Positions 1-8,597 of a DNA stretch of 46,968 bases are shown here, in pieces. How positions within the stretch are numbered: position 1 is the stretch's first letter; every line of letters starts with the position of its first letter. A program made the position numbers and the translations under genes. The stretch covers positions 1-46,968 of the forward strand of contig JACPLZ010000011.1 of assembly GCA_016186245.1 (NCBI GenBank), in the 5' to 3' direction. A model generated the notes under the pieces. The model had not been told where the DNA came from. It saw only the letters and a program-made list of their open reading frames with translations, and did no database searches. The DNA is from Candidatus Peregrinibacteria bacterium. Lineage in GTDB: Bacteria; Patescibacteriota; Gracilibacteria; UBA1369; LOWO2-01-FULL-3.

Positions 1-104
1 TGTCATCCAACCGTGTCATCCAACCGTGTCATCCAACCGTGTCATCCAACCGTGTCATCCAACCGTGTCATCCAACCGTGTCATCCAACCGTGTCATCCA
101 ACCA
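1..104. repeat. 13-bp tandem repeat TGTCATCCAACCG, 8 copies, running off the left window edge
   Basis: Units start at 1, 14, 27, 40, 53, 66, 79 and 92. Seven are identical and the last ends in A instead of G. The core TGTCATCC is the reverse complement of the GGATGACA core of the array at 27916-28248. Confidence 0.95.
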
Positions 105-131
105 TGTCATCCCGAACTTGTTTCGGGATCT
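105..131. repeat. Hairpin module TGTC-ATCCCGAA-CTTGT-TTCGGGAT-CTC, same family as the modules at 28012 and 28178
   Basis: Perfect 8-bp stem (109-116 pairs with 122-129) with the 5-nt loop CTTGT. It sits directly 3' of the minus-strand stop codon at 133-135. Flanks TGTC and CTCT match the 28012 and 28178 copies. Confidence 0.8.
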
Positions 132-132
132 C

Positions 133-423
133 TCATCCCAAATGTTTCCAAAAGCACTCTTGGCAGTAAATAACAAAAGGACTCTCCGCCCTGTATGTGC
201 TGATTATTTCTTTCCGGCATTTATCGCAGGTCCTTTTAAAAAGTTTCCTTTCGTTCCTCAAGCTTAATCTCCTCTGTCTGCGACAATCGGGGCAAAGCTC
301 GGGATTTGGCAGCCCTTTTTTCTTATAAAATGCTTTCTCGGCCTGAATAATTAAAAATTCTTTTTCACATCCTTTGCACGTTACTTTTTCACTTTCGATC
401 GTTGGATTTGCAGTTGTATTCAT
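133..423 (-). CDS. Small zinc-ribbon protein (96 aa, 8 Cys in four CxxC pairs, including CxxC-x17-CxxC)
   Basis: Motifs CKGC...CPDCRRQRR...CDKC-(17 aa)-CQEC. It aligns by eye to both the N- and C-terminal modules of the 18902-20557 protein. It starts 17 nt downstream of the cysteine-rich ORF, in a different frame. Confidence 0.8.
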   Translation of the reverse strand: MNTTANPTIESEKVTCKGCEKEFLIIQAEKAFYKKKGLPNPELCPDCRRQRRLSLRNERKLFKRTCDKCRKEIISTYRAESPFVIYCQECFWKHLG

Positions 424-440
424 GATTTTTGGATTAAAAA

Positions 441-1418
441 TTATTTTATAAATGCAGGCTTTTCCGATAATTCCATCGTTGCATTGCTGTCTTCAAACGG
501 ATATGTAGATGGTAAAAACTGCATGTATTCGCCACTTTTCAACATTTCTTCTTTTATCTGCGCAACTTTTTTGGAATATTCATCTTTGGCATACTGCTCG
601 TTAAAAATTCTGTACTCCGCATGATTCAACGAAAAACATCCAAAACAGTCATGCGAATTATAGACCAGCTCGCAATGATCCAGATCATGATTGTCAAAAC
701 ATGTTACGCAAAAATTACAGTTTGTCAGATTCATTTCCGCCATGACTTCATAGTTAAGTTCAGAGTTATAATAGCTGTTGCTCATATCCATACAATCTTT
801 AAGGCTTACAGCGTTATTGCAATACATACAGTCCTCCAATTCCTTCACGTCAAAACAGCGTAAGGCATTTCTTGAATTATAAACATAATCTCCGGTGAAA
901 TTTTCATTATTCAACTGGTGCACATAAAGGTGAGGCACTTTCTTTTTTACATCTTCGAGCATTTCCTTCATTTCCTCGGTAGAAAGCGTGTTTTTAAGCT
1001 GTTTCACTTTCTCGAAATATTCTTCTTTTGAATATTGCTTATTACCGATCATGTACTGCTTGCGTCTCAAACCTGTGCAGCCGAAACAATTTTTGCATCC
1101 TGCGCAATCGAAACAGTAATCACAATCTGTGCAGTTAACGCAATCCTGTGAGTGATTAACATTATAGCAGTCAATACAGTCCACGCAGTCATAGCAGAGC
1201 CGGCATTTTTGGCAGTAATCGCAATCGGTGCAATCCTCCGAATCATAAAGCCAAAAGCCATAATAACAGTCCTGATCAAACTCACTCCCGCACAAAAGAT
1301 GACAATTTTTCAGATTTCCGCAGTAGCTGACATACGGACTGTTTTCGCAATTAACCGCCACCAGTGCCATCTTTGGCGCCGCCAGTCTAACTTCCTCCAT
1401 TTTTTTGAGATAAGACAT
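441..1418 (-). CDS. Cysteine-rich protein (31 Cys), core paralogue of the 18902-20557 protein
   Basis: Two runs of 8 Cys at strict 3-residue spacing: CTDCDYCQKCRLCYDCVDCIDC and CVNCTDCDYCFDCAGCKNCFGC (nt ~1077-1232). Each Cys block is followed by an N-x-QY-x-K-[DE]-EY helix motif. The ORF track starts at 1457, which overlaps ybeY by 28 nt. The ATG at 1418 (MSYLKK) avoids the overlap and matches where similarity to the paralogue begins. Confidence 0.8.
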   Translation of the reverse strand: MSYLKKMEEVRLAAPKMALVAVNCENSPYVSYCGNLKNCHLLCGSEFDQDCYYGFWLYDSEDCTDCDYCQKCRLCYDCVDCIDCYNVNHSQDCVNCTDCDYCFDCAGCKNCFGCTGLRRKQYMIGNKQYSKEEYFEKVKQLKNTLSTEEMKEMLEDVKKKVPHLYVHQLNNENFTGDYVYNSRNALRCFDVKELEDCMYCNNAVSLKDCMDMSNSYYNSELNYEVMAEMNLTNCNFCVTCFDNHDLDHCELVYNSHDCFGCFSLNHAEYRIFNEQYAKDEYSKKVAQIKEEMLKSGEYMQFLPSTYPFEDSNATMELSEKPAFIK

Positions 1419-1429
1419 AAAAAATCTTT

Positions 1430-1885
1430 TTAGTTTTCCAGCACCTTCTTTGCCCATCCCTCCATCTCCGTCTCCTGCCTATCATTCTCATGGTCAAATC
1501 CAAAACAGTGCAGTAACGCATGCACAAACAAAACTTCCATTTCCTTACTTACCGTATGGCCTTTTTCTTTTGCCTGCTTTTTAGCAGTATCTATCGAAAT
1601 AAAAATATCACCCGCAATCACATCGCCTTTCTTTTTTTTGTATTCGGTTATTTCCAGATATGCAAACGATATCACGTCCGTGGGACTGTCTTTTTTTCTG
1701 TATTCGCGGTTCATTTCATGCATCGCTTTGTCATTTATAATTACCAGGTCTATCAGCCCGTTTCGCCCATACAGCCTGCCATCGACAAGTTTTTTAAGAA
1801 CTTTATAAAACTTTTTGATCCTCTTTTCAAAAAGAGTTTTATCAACTTTTATTTTTGTCTCGTTTGTAAAATCAAGTTTCAGCAT
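1430..1885 (-). CDS. ybeY: Endoribonuclease YbeY (rRNA maturation factor)
   Basis: 151 aa with the zinc motif HALLHCFGFDH (HxxxHxxGxxH) near the C-terminus. Size is typical for the family. Confidence 0.9.
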   Translation of the reverse strand: MLKLDFTNETKIKVDKTLFEKRIKKFYKVLKKLVDGRLYGRNGLIDLVIINDKAMHEMNREYRKKDSPTDVISFAYLEITEYKKKKGDVIAGDIFISIDTAKKQAKEKGHTVSKEMEVLFVHALLHCFGFDHENDRQETEMEGWAKKVLEN

Positions 1886-1907
1886 ACCGGCGCATTATAA
1901 CATAGCT

Positions 1908-2885
1908 TTATTTTTGCCAAAGACTTTCATAAATTTCCCATTCCTCTGCGTCAATTTCCCAATAAGGATATATTGCGACACCGGTAAAATTATCCTCATT
2001 GCTTCTGAAATTATTCAGTCCTGAAGTTATTCCTTTCAACCCGTTTTCGATATTTTCCACTTTTGGATTAAAACTTTCCTTTTCCTCGTCATATGAGGGA
2101 ATTCCAACAAGTAATTCTTTTCCGGCCAATAAATTTGACAGCCAAATAGTCTGCTCCCTCACAAGCAAACAATACAGCCATCCACTATTTATCCCTGTGT
2201 CATAAGCCATAACTACAATTTGATCGGCGTATTTTGCGACATTCCGATAATTCACTTCCGAATTAAAATTTTCAAATTCGCGAAAATTCTTCAATACCAA
2301 TATCAATGATTGAGGAATAAATTCCGCCAGCGCCACGGAAATTTTTTTCTCATCCGGCAGCGCCACTCGTGTTTCCTTGAGCAATTCAATAAAATCCAGA
2401 TCGCCATCCCATACCGGCTCAATGTCAAAATGCACGCCGTCAAATCCAATCAGTCCTGAAAAAATCAAAGCCTGCTTGGCGATATTTTTTCTAACTTCTT
2501 CATCGGCCAGATTTATTTTACTTCGCAATTGCCCCAGCCAGGCCTGATAGCGGATATTCTTATCGAATTTTCTGGCCTTATCAATGAAGTTGAAAGCAAA
2601 ATTATAAGTGTCCGGATCAATATTTCCATCTTCCATCAGCGGTCCGGCATGCACAAAAACAAGATCGATTTCATGTCTGGTTAAATTCTGAATCAACTCC
2701 TTGATTTCCTGATTGGATTTTTTTTCACCAAGCCATTCATGCCCTATCCAGGCCGCATTGTGCCCTTTATTGTAGAATGAACCGGGCTCGTTTGCCGACA
2801 AGCCTATGCCAAAATACCAGATCAAAAAAACAACCATGGCCAGAAAAAGTGTCAAAACAAACTTAAACCACGATCGTTTTTTCAT
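1908..2885 (-). CDS. Membrane-anchored TIM-barrel glycosyl-hydrolase-like protein (GH18-like)
   Basis: N-terminal TM segment (FKFVLTLFLAMVVFLIWYF). The motif FDGVHFDIEP resembles the GH18 DGxDxDxE catalytic signature. It overlaps the upstream gene by 4 nt. The functional call is tentative. Confidence 0.6.
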   Translation of the reverse strand: MKKRSWFKFVLTLFLAMVVFLIWYFGIGLSANEPGSFYNKGHNAAWIGHEWLGEKKSNQEIKELIQNLTRHEIDLVFVHAGPLMEDGNIDPDTYNFAFNFIDKARKFDKNIRYQAWLGQLRSKINLADEEVRKNIAKQALIFSGLIGFDGVHFDIEPVWDGDLDFIELLKETRVALPDEKKISVALAEFIPQSLILVLKNFREFENFNSEVNYRNVAKYADQIVVMAYDTGINSGWLYCLLVREQTIWLSNLLAGKELLVGIPSYDEEKESFNPKVENIENGLKGITSGLNNFRSNEDNFTGVAIYPYWEIDAEEWEIYESLWQK

Positions 2886-3415
2886 ATTTTATTTAAAGCG
2901 TCATACATAATAATCCCATAACATACCGAAACATTCAAAGAATTTGCCCTGCCAAGCATCGGTAACTCCACGGCCATGTCTGCCATGGCCATTACTTCAT
3001 CGGATACCCCATTAACCTCATGGCCAAACACAAAACATACAGGATACCCATACGCAGCTTTTGAATATTCAACGGAGTTATTGGCCAATTCCACGACCGC
3101 GATTTTTACACCCTCTTTTTTAAGCTTTTTTAAAACTTCTACGGCGCTTTCATTATATTCCCACGGAACCAACTCCTCTGCGCCAAGGGCTGTTTTGGAA
3201 ATTTCCCTGCGTGGCGGACAGCCTGTAATACCGCAAAGATACAGTTTTTTCAGCAATACCGCATCGGACGTTCTGAAAATCGACCCCACATTATATAAAC
3301 TTCTCACATTATCAAGCAGGGCAAAAATCGGATTTCTTTTTTTCTTCCTTACTTTTGCCGCGCTTGGCTTTTTTTTGAGAATTTCTTTATGACTCCGTTT
3401 CTTCATCCCTGGCAT
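2882..3415 (-). CDS. SpoU/TrmH-family RNA 2'-O-methyltransferase
   Basis: Motifs NVGSIFRTSDA, FVFGHEVNGVS and LGRANSLNVSVCYGIIMY match the three SpoU motifs. A basic N-terminal extension is present. An alternative ATG lies at 3406. Confidence 0.85.
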   Translation of the reverse strand: MPGMKKRSHKEILKKKPSAAKVRKKKRNPIFALLDNVRSLYNVGSIFRTSDAVLLKKLYLCGITGCPPRREISKTALGAEELVPWEYNESAVEVLKKLKKEGVKIAVVELANNSVEYSKAAYGYPVCFVFGHEVNGVSDEVMAMADMAVELPMLGRANSLNVSVCYGIIMYDALNKI

Positions 3416-5525
3416 TTATAAACGTCAAAGTACGATTAATCAAATCCTGTAATTCCTGTTCTGTAATGGGATCTTCGGGTCTGAAAAATTCATCATCATC
3501 TACAATGCCATTTTCCACGCCAAAATTAATATAGCGCGGATACCACCACATATGGCTGATTTTACTGTTTACATCAACAAAATAGGATTTTTGACTAGTC
3601 AGATTTTCTTCCGATCCCAAATCTCTTATCAGCTCAAAACGATACCTTGGAAACACCAGATCATTTGCGCCAAAAATAATCTTTAGCGCCTGGATTCTGG
3701 TAACTTGATCATCCGGTTTAAAAGGACTTCCATACTCACTCATATAACCGTTGACTATCCCAAGCAGGGTCGCCGTATTGACGGCTTCGTAGTAGGGATT
3801 TTCAGGCTGTACATCGGGATAAAGCACCAATGGACCCTCCAGATTTATTCCGTCGTATGATGACATTGCCATAAAATTAAACAGACAGAAATCAATATAA
3901 TCTTTGCATTGATCCAGGACATCAACTTTTTTCTTTTTCAGGTCAAACTGATCCAGAATTACCGTCAGGATTTCCCCCCTGGCCAAAACACTTCCTTGGC
4001 TATCCAAAACAGGTCTTTCATGGCCAAATATTTCATTGTTTCCGGGAAAAATAAATACTTTCCCGTTATTTACTGCAAATTTCCCTTCAGAATATCTTGA
4101 GCCTACAACAATATCCTGTACGCCATCATGATTAAAATCCATCACTGCGGCGCTATATCCAAACCAGTCATCTGCATTTTCACCGTGGATTAAAGAATGG
4201 ACATCTTTTTTACTGATACTGAATATTTTATCGTACCCGATAACATCTCCATACACGATATACACGTCGCCTGGAGCATCGCTGACCAATGTATTGATGC
4301 CGGGCGCCCCAACTATCACTTCATCCTTTTTATCTCCATTTATGTCGGAGAGAATCACACTGGCGCCGGGTATGGCCTCATCATTTGCATCATTGATTAT
4401 CGCATCGGGAACAAATGGAGAATTTTTTTTGGAAAGGAATCTTTCTCCGCCGAAATAAATTTTAATCATCGCGTCTTTTCGGTCTCCGGTATAAGGAAAA
4501 GAACTGATAGCCATATCATCTATCCCATCGCCGTTTATATCGCCGGTGTCCAGGTCAAACCCGAACCATTGTCTGTTTTTATCTCCTTCAAGCGTTATCG
4601 AAGCAATATCAACAATCCTCGGAAAAAGTTTTTTGCCGCTGTACATATACATTCTGCCGGCCTGCTCGTTTTTGCCAATTGTGGAAGAATATGCTCCCAT
4701 GAGCACATCATTTTTTGTGTCCCCATCTATATCCGCAACGCCTATCGATGCCCCAAAACGCTCCCCTGGTTTATTTCCCCTGAAAAGGACATTTTGATCT
4801 TCACTAATCCCGCGTATGGATCCATAATACGCGCTTACATTGCCGGATTTTGGATAATTAATGGAATCGGAAAAAGGCGAACTGACAAGCAAATCATCGG
4901 TGCTGTCACTGTCAATATCGCCTGTCGCAAGTGAATATCCAAAACCATCTCCATCCCTGAAACCTTTCAAAATTATGTCCGCCCTATTTAATGAAAAATC
5001 AAAATCCGTCTGGATATTTTTAAAAGCCTCCGGTGGGCGGCCATTCATTATATACACTTTTCCGGTGTGATTTCCCTCAAATGAAGCCTTAAATGCTCCA
5101 ATAGCAAAATCTTCAAATCCATCACGATTAAAATCACCGGTAGCCAGGGATGTCCCCAATTGATCTCCCCCGCTTTCTCCAAAAAAACTGATGTCATGAT
5201 AGTCGCTGCTCCCTTCCACGATGGAATTACGGCCGAATATCAATTGTACCATTCCACTCCATTGGCGATTGTCGTAAGTGGCAAAAGGAGAAGAAACAAT
5301 TAAATCATCCAAACCATCATTATTAAAATCTCCGCTGACAATTTCCGCTCCAAACTGTCCGCCAGGATATGTCCCTGCAAATTCGATTTTATCAACGGAA
5401 AGAGCTGTATCAAGCTCGTGGACCATTTTTAACGCAAAGACGCTGTTAAGCGGAAAGAATAAGGCAAAAACACTTAAACAAAAACAGAGAATTGCTTTGA
5501 AATGAGGATTCAACATCCAGCCCAT
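3387..5525 (-). CDS. Secreted FG-GAP/VCBS-repeat protein with a C-terminal SLH-like domain
   Basis: Repeated FG..x..GDxNxDGxDD units (for example FGYSLATGDIDSDSTDDLLVSSP and FGFDLDTGDINGDGIDDMAISS). The C-terminal part (YPDVQPENPYYEAVNTATLLGIVNGY...FKPDDQVTRIQALKII) resembles an SLH domain. The ORF track begins at 5657, only 5 bp from the divergent start at 5663. The ATG at 5525 (MGWMLNPHFKAILCFCLSVFALFFPLNSVFA) gives a normal signal peptide. Confidence 0.85.
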   Translation of the reverse strand: MGWMLNPHFKAILCFCLSVFALFFPLNSVFALKMVHELDTALSVDKIEFAGTYPGGQFGAEIVSGDFNNDGLDDLIVSSPFATYDNRQWSGMVQLIFGRNSIVEGSSDYHDISFFGESGGDQLGTSLATGDFNRDGFEDFAIGAFKASFEGNHTGKVYIMNGRPPEAFKNIQTDFDFSLNRADIILKGFRDGDGFGYSLATGDIDSDSTDDLLVSSPFSDSINYPKSGNVSAYYGSIRGISEDQNVLFRGNKPGERFGASIGVADIDGDTKNDVLMGAYSSTIGKNEQAGRMYMYSGKKLFPRIVDIASITLEGDKNRQWFGFDLDTGDINGDGIDDMAISSFPYTGDRKDAMIKIYFGGERFLSKKNSPFVPDAIINDANDEAIPGASVILSDINGDKKDEVIVGAPGINTLVSDAPGDVYIVYGDVIGYDKIFSISKKDVHSLIHGENADDWFGYSAAVMDFNHDGVQDIVVGSRYSEGKFAVNNGKVFIFPGNNEIFGHERPVLDSQGSVLARGEILTVILDQFDLKKKKVDVLDQCKDYIDFCLFNFMAMSSYDGINLEGPLVLYPDVQPENPYYEAVNTATLLGIVNGYMSEYGSPFKPDDQVTRIQALKIIFGANDLVFPRYRFELIRDLGSEENLTSQKSYFVDVNSKISHMWWYPRYINFGVENGIVDDDEFFRPEDPITEQELQDLINRTLTFINARDEETES

Positions 5526-5572
5526 TATGAGTACTGCAATTATTGAAGTAAAGATTTTATAAACGGCGCCGC

Positions 5573-5963
5573 TAGACACGAGTAGACAATTAAAGTACAA
5601 TCGCGCCGAATTTGTCCACTCTCTGTCTATACACTGTCTATAGACATTACTAGACATAAAATATGCAAGTAGACAACGCTCAAAAACAGTACAATTTAAG
5701 TCGTGAAGCGGCTAGTAAACTGCTTAAAGTCTCAATGCGGACACTGGACAGGTATTTGGGTGGCAAAAAACTGTCTAGTCAACTAGTCAACGGTAGAATA
5801 TGGCTCAATAAAGAGGAAATAGATTCTTTATTGCATGATAAAAATCGTGCGGTGGTAGTAGACAAAGTAGACATGTCTACATCCAAAATGTCTATAGGCG
5901 TCCACATGGACAATGTAGACAATATGGACAGCCCGGAGCAGGACGCTGTCGACATCCTGTCTA
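5573..5963. repeat. Cluster of 14 TAGACA/TGTCTA hexamers, including two perfect palindromes
   Basis: TAGACA at 5573, 5583, 5641, 5651, 5670, 5859, 5868 and 5916. TGTCTA at 5624, 5635, 5772, 5874, 5889 and 5958. Palindromes are TGTCTATAGACA (5635-5646, intergenic) and GTAGACATGTCTAC (5867-5880, inside the CDS). The exact 13-mer CTGTCTAGTCAAC occurs at 5771 and 5957. Confidence 0.85.
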
Positions 5964-6322
5964 GTCAACCGCGAAAAATCAGCCAGCAAAGCGGCAGCGG
6001 CAATGCTTATAAAAAACTTTTTGAAGAACTGCGTGATGAGCTTCGCGAGAAACAGGAACGTCTGGAAATTGCCAATTATCGCGTCGGTCAGCTCGAGGCT
6101 CAAGTCCGAAATAGCATCCCCATGCTTGAATATCATCGCGAAAATTTTGAAAAGCAGCGGGTGCAGCAGGAGCTTTCCGGTAAGCTTGAGGAGTCCACAA
6201 GCCTGATCAAACAGCTATATTTAAAAATAAAATATGAAAGCTTCGGCAAAAAGTTGTTTTTGATTATTCTGTTGGGCGTACTGGCGTTACAGCCATTGTG
6301 GCTTTTGCTAAGGGACATCTGA
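5663..6322 (+). CDS. Excisionase/MerR-type HTH protein with a coiled coil and a C-terminal transmembrane anchor
   Basis: N-terminus YNLSREAASKLLKVSMRTLDRYLGGKKLSSQLVNGRIWLNKEEIDSLL fits the HTH_17/excisionase pattern. The middle part is heptad-like (LRDELREKQERLEIANYRVGQLEAQVR). The C-terminus is hydrophobic (LFLIILLGVLALQPLWLLL). Confidence 0.75.
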   Translation: MQVDNAQKQYNLSREAASKLLKVSMRTLDRYLGGKKLSSQLVNGRIWLNKEEIDSLLHDKNRAVVVDKVDMSTSKMSIGVHMDNVDNMDSPEQDAVDILSSQPRKISQQSGSGNAYKKLFEELRDELREKQERLEIANYRVGQLEAQVRNSIPMLEYHRENFEKQRVQQELSGKLEESTSLIKQLYLKIKYESFGKKLFLIILLGVLALQPLWLLLRDI

Positions 6323-6395
6323 AAAACCCTACAACGCTTTGTGTTGAGCATGTCATGGTGAGCAGATTTCTGCGTAAGCAAAAATCCCTTGACCG

Positions 6396-7013
6396 CTATT
6401 TCATCTGAATAACCTCACGTCTCTCCATCTCAATTTCCAGAGATGGATACACGGCTTTAAGCCGGCTCAAAATTCCCCCGGGCATTTCCATCGTGCCGGC
6501 AAGCACAGCATAATCCCCTATCGCCTCGAAAACATACGGAGCGGATAGAATACTGCCGTTTAAAAGTATTTGCCCCTGCGGCAGCATATCGAAACCGGCT
6601 GTTGTATTGCTGATTCTTATGCCATTTACCGACACTCCCTGTGCGCCTGACGCAAACAGTTCATTCACAAAATCTACAAACCAGGACGTTGGCAGCGCGC
6701 CCTGTATTTCAATGGCAATGCCATTTCCAAAAACAGCATCATCCCCTTTAAGTTTCTTATATTTTTCGATTTCAGTCTGGATTGCTTCCAGCGCCAGATT
6801 TCTATTTGATAACTGTTTTATATTCAACTCAAGATCCTGTATTTCCTTTTTCAAATCTTCATTTTTCTGTTTCAAAATTTTTATTTCCTGAAAAACATTG
6901 CTTTCCGCATCACGATCGAATAATTCAGTTACTCTGTCTGTGCCGCCAGCCCTAAGCCCTAAAATGACTACTATGCCCAAAACAGCCACGAGAATATAAA
7001 TTTTATTGTTCAT
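6396..7013 (-). CDS. DUF881-family protein (division/cell-wall associated)
   Basis: N-terminal TM segment, a coiled coil, then ASGAQGVSVNGIRIS...LNGSILSAPYVFEAIGD, the DUF881 signature. Confidence 0.85.
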   Translation of the reverse strand: MNNKIYILVAVLGIVVILGLRAGGTDRVTELFDRDAESNVFQEIKILKQKNEDLKKEIQDLELNIKQLSNRNLALEAIQTEIEKYKKLKGDDAVFGNGIAIEIQGALPTSWFVDFVNELFASGAQGVSVNGIRISNTTAGFDMLPQGQILLNGSILSAPYVFEAIGDYAVLAGTMEMPGGILSRLKAVYPSLEIEMERREVIQMK

Positions 7014-7744
7014 TTTTGAACCAGATTTAAATAATCCGTCCTTAAGTCGCCATTATAAATTGGCGCTACGATGCTGTTGCTTTTCTTTATCTTAAAAGTC
7101 AGGCCATTTTTATTCATTCTCGCATAAATATCCGGCAAAAGCTCTCTGCTCAAAAGTCTCTGCAAAATAACATCCTGATCGCCAATAGCTGTAATTATAA
7201 ATGGCGCCGCCAAATGGGAGTTATTTACAAGGATGGTTGTACCGACAGCGGCAACCGCCGAGCTGGCAATTATGCGCTGTCCATTGACCGAAATAGCCTC
7301 TGCGCTTGCCGCATTAAGAATGTTAACGATGTCGCGGATGTCTGCTGCCTGGACCAGCGCTTCGGGCTGGTTTGGTGAATTCCCGTCATTCAACAGGATT
7401 TCCACTCCTTTTCCGCTTGCCTCCACAAGCCCAATATCTTTTTTTAATTTTTCCAGAATGTCCAGACTGACCGAAGCCGTTTGCATATCAAGCTCTTTTT
7501 GGGATTCATCAATCTGTTTGCGCAAAAATACGATCCTGCTTTGAAGATAAGCCTGCTCGTCAAGGAATGTTTTTATCAATTCTTCCCTGGTTTCCAATTC
7601 GTCAGATGAAAGAATATCTCCGGTATTTTTGCCGTAGATACTCCATGCCAAAACCAGTCCAAGAATTATTACGCTCAACAGGATTGTTGCAACAGCATTT
7701 TTCCTCATCTGCAGAATAATTATTGACAAAAAAACAATAACCAT
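7010..7744 (-). CDS. DUF881-family protein, second paralogue
   Basis: ASAEAISVNGQRIIASSAV...ILVNNSHLAAPFIITAIGD. It overlaps the downstream paralogue by 4 nt. The alternative ATG at 7708 (MRKNAV) is more plausible because it leaves a 67-bp divergent spacer to murI. Confidence 0.85.
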   Translation of the reverse strand: MVIVFLSIIILQMRKNAVATILLSVIILGLVLAWSIYGKNTGDILSSDELETREELIKTFLDEQAYLQSRIVFLRKQIDESQKELDMQTASVSLDILEKLKKDIGLVEASGKGVEILLNDGNSPNQPEALVQAADIRDIVNILNAASAEAISVNGQRIIASSAVAAVGTTILVNNSHLAAPFIITAIGDQDVILQRLLSRELLPDIYARMNKNGLTFKIKKSNSIVAPIYNGDLRTDYLNLVQK

Positions 7745-7775
7745 CTTATCTGTTCTTTACAAGCAATAAAATAAA

Positions 7776-8588
7776 ATGATTGGAATTTTTGACTCGGGAT
7801 ATGGTGGTTTAACTGTTTTTAAGCCGATAATCGAGCTTTTACCGGAGTATGATTATATCTATCTCGGAGATAGCGCCCGCGCGCCTTATGGTGGAAGGAG
7901 TGGGGAAGTGATCAAGAAATTTTCCGAAGAAGCTGTGGAATTTTTGTTTAAACACGGGGCGAATTTGATAATATTTGCTTGCAATACCGCATCAAGTCTC
8001 GCACTTAGGCACGTGCAGGAAAAATATTTAAAAGGCCCTAATGAAAGAGAACGGAAAATTTTGGGTGTCCTCATCCCTGTTGCGGAGGAAGCGGTTAAAA
8101 CGACCAAAAACGGCCACATTGGAGTGATTGGCACAAAAGCTACGATTCAATCGAAGGTTTATGAAACTGAAATCCACAAATTAAAACCGCACATCAAAGT
8201 TTTTCAGCAGGCCTGTCCGCTGCTTGTGCCGTTTATTGAAGAAAACTGGCATAAAAAACCGGAGGCAAATTCGATCTTGAAGAAATATCTGCTTCCGTTA
8301 AAAAGCACTCACATAGATACTCTTATTCCGGGTTGCACGCATTATCCATTGATGATTGGTCAAATTGAAAAATATATGGGCAAAAAGACCAAAATCCTGC
8401 ATTCCGGCGAAATCACTGCAGGAAAACTTAAAGAATATTTGGAGCGCCATCCTGAAATTGACAGCAAATTGGCGAAGAATAAAAATCGCACCTTTTTCAC
8501 TACGGACAATCCCAGGCGATTTAAAGAATTTACCGAGCAGCATTTTGGAATGAAAATCAAAATGCCGGCACAGATTGAACTGGGATAA
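7776..8588 (+). CDS. murI: Glutamate racemase
   Basis: Motifs IGIFDSGYGGLTV, FACNTASS and PGCTHYP, containing the two catalytic Cys. Length 270 aa. Confidence 0.95.
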   Translation: MIGIFDSGYGGLTVFKPIIELLPEYDYIYLGDSARAPYGGRSGEVIKKFSEEAVEFLFKHGANLIIFACNTASSLALRHVQEKYLKGPNERERKILGVLIPVAEEAVKTTKNGHIGVIGTKATIQSKVYETEIHKLKPHIKVFQQACPLLVPFIEENWHKKPEANSILKKYLLPLKSTHIDTLIPGCTHYPLMIGQIEKYMGKKTKILHSGEITAGKLKEYLERHPEIDSKLAKNKNRTFFTTDNPRRFKEFTEQHFGMKIKMPAQIELG

Positions 8589-8597
8589 AAACTTCTT

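Noticed and set aside
13-267. 84-aa ORF translating as VSSNRVIQPCHPT repeats
   Set aside because: It is simply the 13-bp tandem repeat read through three frames. It also overlaps the well-supported minus-strand zinc-ribbon gene.
133-1457. The split cysteine-rich gene pair as a frameshifted pseudogene of a single fused gene
   Set aside because: Both ORFs are intact, each has its own ATG, and the break falls at a linker position relative to the fused paralogue. Gene fission is at least as likely. A sequencing frameshift cannot be excluded without reads, so this caveat is noted in the finding.
4197-4934. 245-aa plus-strand ORF, and similar long antisense ORFs (40001-40666, 16788-17267, 9279-9767, 42538-43014)
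   Set aside because: Each lies entirely inside a strongly supported conserved gene on the opposite strand (FG-GAP protein, trpB, comM, guaA, trpGDC) and has no recognisable motifs.
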